Shown here: piece by piece, positions 54,631-64,000 of the stretch
Layout: the number at the start of each line of letters is the position of its first letter
Numbering within the stretch: the stretch's first letter is position 1
Source: Octopus vulgaris
Taxonomy: Eukaryota
Reading direction: 5' to 3'
Assembly: GCA_951406725.2 (NCBI GenBank)
Contig: OX597824.1
Span: 85,312,001-85,376,000, forward strand
DNA length: 64,000 nucleotides
Position numbers and translations under genes: made by a program
Notes under the pieces: generated by a model
The model's input: only the letters and a program-made list of their open reading frames with translations
What the model was told of the DNA's origin: nothing
Database searches by the model: none

Positions 54631-56029
54631 TCAGTAAGGCTACAGACCAATGACTTAAACAAGTAATATATCTATATATATATGTATACGCCCCAACATA
54701 GCTGCAGTCCAGTGACTGAAACAAGTAATATATATATATTATGTATGTATGTATGTGTATGTACTTTGTGAATTCTCTTGTCGTAGGCGACAAATGAGAG
54801 TTTCGTAATTTCTTGCTGAAAGAACAATCTGCAGACGATTTGTTTATAGCGATCAAATGTTTGTACTTCACTCCGTCCATCAAAGTGACATTGTCTGTAC
54901 AAGTGCAAGGTGTGTCACACGTCAGGCGTCAAAGAGATCGCAGAGCAACATGAAATGAAGTGATTTGCTTAAGGACTGAACTTACAGCTCGGCCCTCGTG
55001 ACTTTCTGAATGGCATGTCTAACGGGAAACTACTTTGAATAATTTTCTTAGTTGTACGACCCGCTTCTAGAAAAAAGGTTGCCCATTCCTGGTTTAAACC
55101 GCTGTAAGTCAACATCTGAAAAGCCATGAAGAGACAAGGTGATTCCTGAAGGCCAATGTTCTCAAATGGAAAGACAAAATAAAAGCCTAAGGCTTGAAGG
55201 TGCGGAGTTGAACATGACGAGTATGCCGAAAGGTGGAGAGATAAGTGGGTTGGGAGTGTCTTATTGTAAGAAGTACAAGACCAGCCAGCTCCAGTTTTGC
55301 AAGCTTTGAATGCAGACAAATGGTGCAGATATGGTGTCAGCTGCTGATCAAGTTTTGACAGCTAGTATCCTGTTACTGGCACTGATTTTGGTCAAGTTAC
55401 TAAAAGTACAGAACGAGCGCAGAATCGGTGCTGTCATGACACGAACTAATGATCCATCATCAACACTTCGACACTCTGTCCAGACTAGATGCCTTGATTA
55501 AAAATATCAATAAAGATCACGTATACTGAATAGCAGAAGGACAGGATTATTCGGTTAATAGGATCTGGTTGGTGGCTCAGGTTTCTCAGGCATATTTAAT
55601 AGATGTCACTTGGACACGTCAGTGCAAACACTTTCGTTAAATGACGCAAACCGTCCGGCGGAGGGAGACGGGGACAGACGCAGTCAAGCGTAGTCGCAGT
55701 TCATTAGAGCCGCACGTATATGTTGCAGGTTATGTGATTGTTACGTGTTTTTACTCTATATCATAATGGCTACCAAATTTAGGAGTTATTAAGCATCGTG
55801 CATATGTACATATACATACATACATGCATACATACATACATACATATATATAAATATATTATATTATATATCTGTATTATATATAACATGTATATGTAAT
55901 ATCATACATCTATAATGATAAATGCCAAAATGAATTTCTGTGTGTCAGTGTGTCACACTTTGACTCCCCTCTCTCACTAAAAGCTGATGAATACCACCTA
56001 TTGATCCCCTCCATTTTCTTATTGCTCTC

Positions 56030-56110
<81 letters not shown>

Positions 56111-56534
56111 TGTAACATATATGAAAATATATTCTACACTGACACGCGCGCACACATACTGATTCATACATACTTAGTTAAACACATACACAGACATACA
56201 GTTAAACATTACTTTTTATCGAAGAGGGGTGGGGGAGAATACTTCATACATGTTGTAGAATAACGTATGTAGGTAAATGTATGTGTGTGTATATATTTTG
56301 TTTGTGTACATACACGCCTGCATGTATACAAACATATGCATGCATGTGTGTATTCATTACACATAATATAAACACAGATTTATGACTATGTACATTCTTG
56401 TCCAAAGGCTAGCGTTATTGACAGGCACTGAACATTCCACTTCACTTAATATGTGTGTGAGTGTGTGCGTGCGCGCACGTGTGTATGAGTGTGTGTGTGT
56501 GTGTGTGTGTACGTGTGTGTACCTGTGTGGAAAC

Positions 56535-58468
56535 TTTTATTTTTTACTTGTTTCAATCATTGGATTGCGGCCATATTGGGGCACCGTCTTGATGGATTTT
56601 TAGAGGAACAAGTCGACTCCTATACTTATTATTTTTATGTTTGGAACTTATTGTATTTATCTGTTTTTGCCGAATCGTTTAAGTTACAGGACGTAAACAA
56701 ACCATAAGCGGTTATCAAACAGAAGGACGGACAAACATAGACACAAAGGGGACACGCGCACACAACTACATATATGATAAGGTACCACACAGTTTTTTCT
56801 ACTAATTTCACTCACAAGACATTGGTCGACCGGGCACTATAGTTGAAGACACTTGTCCACTGTGCCGCACGGTGAGACTGAACCCGAAATCACGCAGTTG
56901 CAAAGCGAGCCTCTTAACTACACAGAGCCATGCCCACGGTGTATTTATTTAAACAGATACGTGTATTGCATAGTGTTTACGTATATATAAACCTTAAACC
57001 ATGTGTGTTTAATCAGTCTAAGAACTCCAACGTTGAAGGTTATTACGAAGTCATTTCATTACCAACTGTAACATCAATAGAGAAAAAAACCCAATTCACT
57101 TTCGCACGCAGATGCATACATACATGCACACACTTGCACACGTACACTGGAGCACAAATACATAATATACGAAAAGAAAAAAAAAAACGAAATAGAACCA
57201 CATAAACTATAGTTCCTGGCAACTAGTGAACTGGTGGTGATTTGCGTCAGTAAAAATTTCATAATTAATAAAATATGGGAAGGAAGATAAGTGTGTATGT
57301 TGTAGTGAAAGGTAATTTTAGAACTTACACGTATCTATCTGAAAGTAGAAAACAAATAGGTTTGAATTAATTACAGGTATGTCTTTTTGTTTGTTCTCGT
57401 AATTTAAAAAAAAATTTATGTTTTTTATTGCAGGCATGGCTGTGTAAAGAATTTCGCTTTGCAGCTACATGGCTTCGGTTTCAATCCCAACGCGGTACCT
57501 TGTTGAGCAAGTGTTTTCAACTATCGTTCCGGGCTGACCAATGCCTTGTGAGAGAAATTGGTATCTGAAAACTGCGTAGAAACCGATCGTACATGTGTAT
57601 GCGTGTGTGTGTGTGTGTGTGTGTGCATGTATGTGTGTGTTTCTAATTGCCCTTCCCACACCGGTTTACAATCGGTGTTGCTTTGCTTACGTTTCCATAC
57701 CTTAGCGGTTCCGCAAAAGAAACCGATGAAATAAGTACCAGCTATATGTAAAAAAATAAAAAAATAAAATAAAAGAACTGGGGGTAATTTGTTCAACTAA
57801 AACCCATGAAGGTTGTGCTCCATTTATTTCACAGTCCAATGACTAGAACAGGTAAAAGAAGATATGTTTATACGCCACATATGTTGGCGTATAAGACGTA
57901 TTTTTTTATTTTAAAATCTAAAAGAAAATTGCTATGCGTGTAATGCAACCGTATTACAAATGTGATACCGAGTGAATGAGTGTTTGATGAAATATATTAA
58001 ATTTGTCTTTGCGTAAAGTATACTTGTAAAGTAGGGATTCGTCTTATGCACGAATACGTCTTGTACGCTGGAAATTACGGTATCTCACAAGCAATGTGCA
58101 GGCGGACTCGAAACGACGATCAACAGTTCCTTTAAATAAGTATATCGTGTCAACCGTTTCACAAAACAAACACCTATAATATTATTTTTTATCTTTTATC
58201 TTTAACTTGGTTCAATCATTGGACTGCGGCCATTCTGGTGCACTGCATTGGATGGTTTTAGTCGAAAAAATCGGCCCCCCAGTATGTTTTTTTTTTTATA
58301 TTTTAATGTTTGGAACTTATTCGATCGATTCTTTTGGTGGAACCAGGGAGTTATAGGGACGTAGGCCGGTTGCCAAGTGATGGTGGTAGGGGACGCACAA
58401 ATACACACACGTATATATATATATATATATATATATACAGTATAAGTATATATATATATACAGTATAA

Positions 58469-58520
<52 letters not shown>

Positions 58521-58690
58521 GTGATGATCAACGGGTTTCTACACAGTTTCTGTCTACTAAATTAATTCACAAGAAATTGGTCGGTCTGGGGCTAAAGTAA
58601 AGGACACTTGCCCAAGGTGCCTCTCAGCGGGAACGAACCCAAAACCACATGGCTGCAAAGCTAACTTCTTGACCATACACCCACGCCGAA
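56535..58690. mobile_element. Three diverged SINE A copies in alternating orientation
   Basis: ~56535-56935(-), 57430-57860(+) and 58195-58690(-). Confidence 0.75.
57874..58082. mobile_element. Pogo/Fot1-like MITE
   Basis: GGCGTATAAGACG versus CGTCTTGTACGCTGGAAATTACGG|TA, plus an inner CGTCTTAT repeat. Confidence 0.55.
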
Positions 58691-59687
58691 CATACACCCA
58701 TACACCGATGTCTATTTGCCGAACTTCTGTTTCTGAAATATTTTGTTGAAAAGATTGACTGAAAATATATCTCAAACTAGATATAAGACTATACAGATTG
58801 TGACAAAGTTTGCTAAAGTTTGCTAAAGTTTGCATTACTTATACTTAAGTGGTCTGAGACAAAGTAAATTTATGTCCTCTATTCAAAAGACGCAAAGAAA
58901 CAGTAGCCTTCTGGGGTAAACAAGCCAAACCATTGTTGCTCAATAGTTTTATCCAGTCGACCATTTCGTGTCCACTGTTTGACTATTATGAAAACAGAAA
59001 TAAACAAGCTTCAGTAGTAAATTTTTCTCTTATCTATTTCTCTTTGATAATCACCCACACACACGTATATACATGCATATACATTTATAATTTATATATA
59101 TATATATATATAAATATAATGTGTGTGTATGATTTCCTTACTCATATTATCTACGCATTCCACTCTTTCATTCACAAATGTCAACGTTATATTGCTATTT
59201 CTTTGATACCACATCTTACTAATATTTCTGTACAGATTTAAATATTTCCTCTTCTAAAGTCGTTTGTTACGGGCGATTTATCAGACCTTTTTCACATAAA
59301 GATATCTTTCCTTTCCATAAATATTAAGATTTTTTTTTTCTATTATGTGATCACAAGCTATTTACTTGGAACAGTAAAATGTAATCAATAATAAATGATA
59401 ACTGTGCATATGCCATTATCCTTTTCTAAATTATAGAAAATTACTGATCCCTAATATTGAAACTTCACGGTGTCAATAACTTCTGAAGTTCATTGGTAAA
59501 AAATTCTTTCATAACTTCATTATTGTCGTGTATATTTTCTTCAGTATAACTGTCCATTTCTTTGAAACCAGTGTGCACTTCATTTAAAACAATTTTCTGC
59601 CTGATTTAACTGTGTAGTATCAACACAGTTCAAACTGCAAATAGCGAGCTAAATCCGCAGCGAAGCTTCGAGTCTTGTTTGAAGTAT

Positions 59688-60097
59688 ACTCTCTTTACTC
59701 TTTTACTTGTTTCAGTCATTTGACTGCGGCCATGCTGGAGCACCGCCTCTAGTCGAGCAAATCGACCCCGGGACTTATTCTTTGTAAGCCTAGTACTTAT
59801 TCTATCGGTCTCTTTTTGCCGAACCGCTAAGTGACGGGGACGTAAACACACCAGCATCGGTTGTCAAGCAATGCTAGGGGGACAAACACAGACACACAAA
59901 CACACATACATACACATATATACATACATATATACTACGGGCTTCTTTCAGTTTCCGTCTACCAAATCCACTCACAAGGCTTTGGTCGGCCCGAGGCTAT
60001 AGTAGAAGACACTTGCCCAAGGTGCCACGCAGTGGGACTGACCCCGGAACCATGTGGTTGGTTAGCAAGCTACTTACCACACAGCCACTCCTGCGCC
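59688..60097 (-). mobile_element. SINE A, best-preserved copy (tRNA head, CORE-like block, internal microsatellite, stem-loop tail)
   Basis: Minus strand starts GGCGCAGGAGTGGCTGTGTGG (A box), GGGTCAGTCCC (B box), GGCACCTTGGGCAAGTG (CORE-like); may be one of the described octopus OK/OR1/OR2 SINEs. Confidence 0.92.
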
Positions 60098-61013
60098 TAT
60101 ATTTTTATTTCATATCCTGTTTTGTGAACAACTCAACGTTGGTCTCAGTTTCCGAGTTACGAGTTCACTAATTTTACAATGAGAAGGATAAGAAGAGATT
60201 GTCTGTGTAACTCGAGCAGAATATGTATTAGAAGGAAGTTAGTTCTAAAGCACCATTTAAGCGGTTTTGTCTTACTGCTTATAGCATTGAAGGATATCAT
60301 CCTAAGATATCTACGATGAGGTAAACAAAGACACGGGGGTTAATTACTTATAGATTATATCTGCATTTAAATCGAGATAAGGAGTAATAGACAGATCTTT
60401 TGCACAGCAACCGAACGCTAATTGGAGATACTAATGAGAGGAGAAAATTAGCACGGTGACTAATATTATTGTAATCAATTCGGCAAGCACAGGTGACATC
60501 ATTCATGTTTTGGTTCTATAAAACTTCACTGTACTTTTTAAAGTAACTTTAGGGGTATCACTAAGTAGCGTTACAATATTGTAATCTGCGTATCTGTGCA
60601 AAATTAGTATATCGTATAAAACAAATAATTAAGGTTAATTACACAGATACACCATCAGTATGAAACTTGATAGTTAATTAATGAAAAACCTATTTTATGT
60701 AAGAATCTACCTAGAAATTCTAATTTTTAACACCTTCTCCGGTTACGAGACTCTCACCCTACTGAGTGGTTATCTTATGAGTACTTTTGACTGACGAGAC
60801 CTAAAAAAAGACTGAAACATGTTAACCTCATTATTACAACTAATACGACACAATGGAGACGTCTGAACCACTCGTAGACTTGTGTGTGGCTCATACACTC
60901 CTCTCCATACACTTTCTGCAACTTTGCGTAGGCCTAGGCCTCTGAGCAGGTATCGCCATGACAACTTTCTCTGTCATGGTCAATGCGACGATCACATGCT
61001 GTACACGTTCCTT

Positions 61014-61090
61014 CCAATCACTTCTGTAAACAGCGGAAGTGAGCTAGAACGTTAAAACTTAGTGCGCATGCACAGCAGAGTTCAAGGTCA
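61014..61090. promoter_or_regulatory. Candidate promoter/enhancer motif cluster
   Basis: CCAAT at 61014, ETS-like GCGGAAGTG at 61033, NRF1-like TGCGCATGCACA at 61063 and TCAAGGTCA at 61082, in non-repetitive-looking DNA. Confidence 0.3.
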
Positions 61091-61163
61091 ATCTTTGCCA
61101 AGCGGCTTTACTCTGCGTGTTTTAGCTTCATTACTTTGGTAATAGTTCGGATACTTATTGATC

Positions 61164-61210
<47 letters not shown>

Positions 61211-61477
61211 CAAGGGAGACTATTTGTTTTATGGTACAAAATGAAAAATATTCAATATAATGTTATGTTGACAATGTGTGTTGGAAGAATCTGAGGTATG
61301 TTATTAATGTGAAATAAACAGGGATTACATACAACCAAGTCGCGTCGATTGCATTTAACCTAATACATATGGTCAGTCAGGTAACGTTTTTATCGTCACA
61401 ACTGGTGAACCACTAAGTTATAAACACACACACACACACGCACACATCTAGCTTTCTGTGTGTGTGTGTGTATAACG

Positions 61478-61518
<41 letters not shown>

Positions 61519-61533
61519 ACAAATAATAATAAA

Positions 61534-61780
61534 TGCGCCCTTTTAAAGCCTAGCCAGGCTCATGGGCCCGGTTTCCTGGTTTCAATGGCGTATACGTTCC
61601 CCAGCTGGACGGGACGCCAGTCCGTCGCAGCGTTACTAAGTTTTGCCAGCTGAGTGAACTGGAGCAACATGAAATGAAGTGTTTTGCTCAAGAACACAAC
61701 GCGTCGCCCGGTCCAGGAATCGAAACCGCAATCTTACGATCATGATGCTGATACCCTAACCACAAAGCCACGCGTCTCCA
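61534..61780 (-). mobile_element. SINE C, tail type 1
   Basis: Reverse complement of 51688-51937; also ~13300-13531. Confidence 0.88.
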
Positions 61781-61801
61781 CACACGCACATACACACATT
61801 T

Positions 61802-61832
<31 letters not shown>

Positions 61833-61886
61833 CACACACATATACATACATACACGCATATACATATATATATATACAAGCAGTTA

Positions 61887-61942
<56 letters not shown>

Positions 61943-62808
61943 CATATATATATAGTTACATAAATACATGTACACATACATACACACTCACACATACAGT
62001 ATATATGTGAATAGGCACATGCACACACACAACACACTTACGCATGCACGCAACTTAAGACACTCAGCCTTAACTCAAAAACTTTCTGATAGAGGGCTGT
62101 AAACCATCTTATCGAATGTAGATACGTAATTCTTTGACACTTCACCTTTCTTTGAATACTGGCATTAAGTGGGCGTCTTCGCCTAAATGTGAAGAATTTA
62201 AAAGGGTGACTTCTCCCTATAATAGGTGACCCAGTTACCAAGAATGAAAGAAAATATATAACTAAATGTAGCAACTGATATATTTACCATGTTGACCTAC
62301 TCCCAGAATATCTTGTAACTCAACACAGATGATCTTTTTTCCTGGTAGAGATAGATCACTACATGGTGCTCCTTCCTCAGAAGTAAATATTTTCTTCTAG
62401 ATGCAAGGGAAACAGTAAAGAGTCGGGGGCGCGTGCGCGTTCTGCCTTGGGCCCTAGAACTCATTAGATCCGTTATCCGGTTCCCGTAGCATATCAAGGA
62501 CCGAAATCACAACACACCGAACTAACGCCGGTCTGTTGCAGTTTCTCATTTACAGCTGAGTGGACTGGAGGAACGGAAAATGATGTGTGTTGCCCAAGAA
62601 CACAACGAGACGCCCGATCCGAGAGTCGAAACCGTGACCTTGCCGTCAACATTCTACACACTAGGCCACCCACCTTCACAGACACTAGAATAGCAGAATA
62701 AAATAACTTTGTCACGATGAGGAAGAGAAAAACAGAAGTTTTCATCATACTACAATAATTTATTCCACTCTGCGAACATTCCGTATTTGCTATTTGTTAA
62801 CGAGTGAA

Positions 62809-63408
62809 AGGCGGCGAGCTGGCAGAAATGTTAGCGCGCCGGGCGAAATGCTTAGCGGTATTTCGGCTGCCGTTACGTTGTGAGTTCAAATTCCGCCGAG
62901 GTCGACTTTGCCTTTCATCCTTTCGGGGTAGATAAATTAAGTACCAGTTACGCACTGGGGTCGATGTAATCGACTTAATACCTATGTCTGTCCTTGTTTG
63001 TCCCCTCTGTGTTTAGCCCCTTGTGGGTAATAAAGAAATAGGTATTTCGTCTGTCGTTATGTTCTGAGTTCAAATTCCGCTGAAGTCGACTTTGCCTTTC
63101 ATCCTTTCGGGGTCGATAAATCAAGTACCAGTTACGCACTGGGGTCGATATAATCGACTTAATCCGTTTGTCTGTCCTTGTTTGCCTCCTCTTTGTTTAG
63201 CCCCTTGTGGGCAGTAAAGAAATAGGTATTTCGTCTGTCGTTACGTTCTGAGTTCAAATTCCGCCGAGGTCGACTTTGCCTTTCATCCTTTCGGGGTCGA
63301 TTAAATAAGTACCAGTTACGCACTGGGATCGATGTAATCGACTTAATCCGTTTATCTGTCCTTGTTTGTTCCCTCTGTGTGTAGCCCCTTGTGGGTAGTA
63401 AAGAAATA
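62809..63408 (+). mobile_element. SINE B trimer
   Basis: One head, then three 184-bp units starting at 62857, 63041 and 63225; a single 17-bp TSD with 2 mismatches (62792-62808, 63410-63426). Confidence 0.93.
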
Positions 63409-63423
63409 AATCTGTTAACGACT

Positions 63424-63745
63424 GAAGGCGCATGACTTAGTGGTTGTGATATTCGACTCACGATTGGAAGGGCGTTAGTTCGATTCCTGTCGGCGCGTTG
63501 TGCCCTTGAGCAAGACGCTTTATTTCACGTTGCTCCAGTCCGCTCATCTAGCAAAAATAAGCAGTGCCTGTATATAAAAGTGTCAGCTTTGTCACATTCT
63601 GTGTTACGATGTATCTCCATGAGAACTACGTTATGGGTACGCGCGGCTGTAGAGTGCTCTGCTAGTTGCACGTTAATTTCGTGAGAAGGCTGTTCCGTTG
63701 ATCGGAATCAACTGGAACCGTTGTCTTCGTAACCGACGGAGTGCT
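63424..63745 (+). mobile_element. SINE C, tail type 2
   Basis: A/B boxes and CORE-like block; tail homologous to 24172-24350. Confidence 0.8.
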
Positions 63746-64000
63746 AGATTTTATTTGCCAGCGTAGAAGATCACTATCTTCTCCGAACTCTACTGTTGCA
63801 TTAACATATCAAATGTTGATTTTTTTTGTGTGAGTGTGTGTTTATTCGTTTACCTCATTCCTCACTGTTCTGAGTTGATTTCTTGCTTAAATCATCAACA
63901 CCAACAGGTCGAGCTATCGCGGAAGTCACTATGTGGTGGTAGTTGGACATGCTAGAGACAGTTAACTTTATCTCTTTCAAGCGATATCCTACAGTAATTA

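Noticed and set aside
54969-55501. GC-richer patch with 116-aa and 63-aa ORFs
   Set aside because: No family recognised in any frame; possibly an old LINE remnant, but unsupported.
62857-63408. Regular 184-bp array as CRISPR, satellite or tRNA cluster
   Set aside because: Units are whole-length SINE duplicates with no unique spacers, and no convincing cloverleaf is visible.

Overview
This is AT-rich, microsatellite-saturated eukaryotic DNA, not prokaryotic. The tRNA-derived SINE families, (CA/TA/CATA)n density and transposon mix point to an Octopus (coleoid cephalopod) genome; that assignment is from recognition, not a search. I find no intact host protein-coding gene, and nearly all listed ORFs are microsatellite or SINE translations. 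The window holds three modular SINE families (called A, B and C here), decayed Tc1/mariner elements (two DD37D/maT copies, one near-full-length mariner, Hsmar2-like MITEs), hAT, piggyBac and pogo MITEs, a non-autonomous Helitron, and 3' fragments of Tx1/L1-like, R4/Dong-like and Penelope-like (PLE) retroelements. Four signals stand out. (1) SINE B forms head-to-tail multimers of a 182-184 bp unit with the same junction at three loci, and four copies have 17-bp TSDs. (2) One SINE B tail matches the 3' end of Tx1-like LINE pieces in the window. (3) Many short palindromes sit in (TA)n tracts, several with minimal hammerhead-ribozyme-like motifs with variant cores. (4) There is a possible minus-strand 5' exon near 27.2-27.7 kb and a promoter-like motif cluster near 61.0 kb. 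Family names are by eye and need Dfam/Repbase confirmation. I cannot claim a new biological system; the best candidates concern retroelement mechanism.
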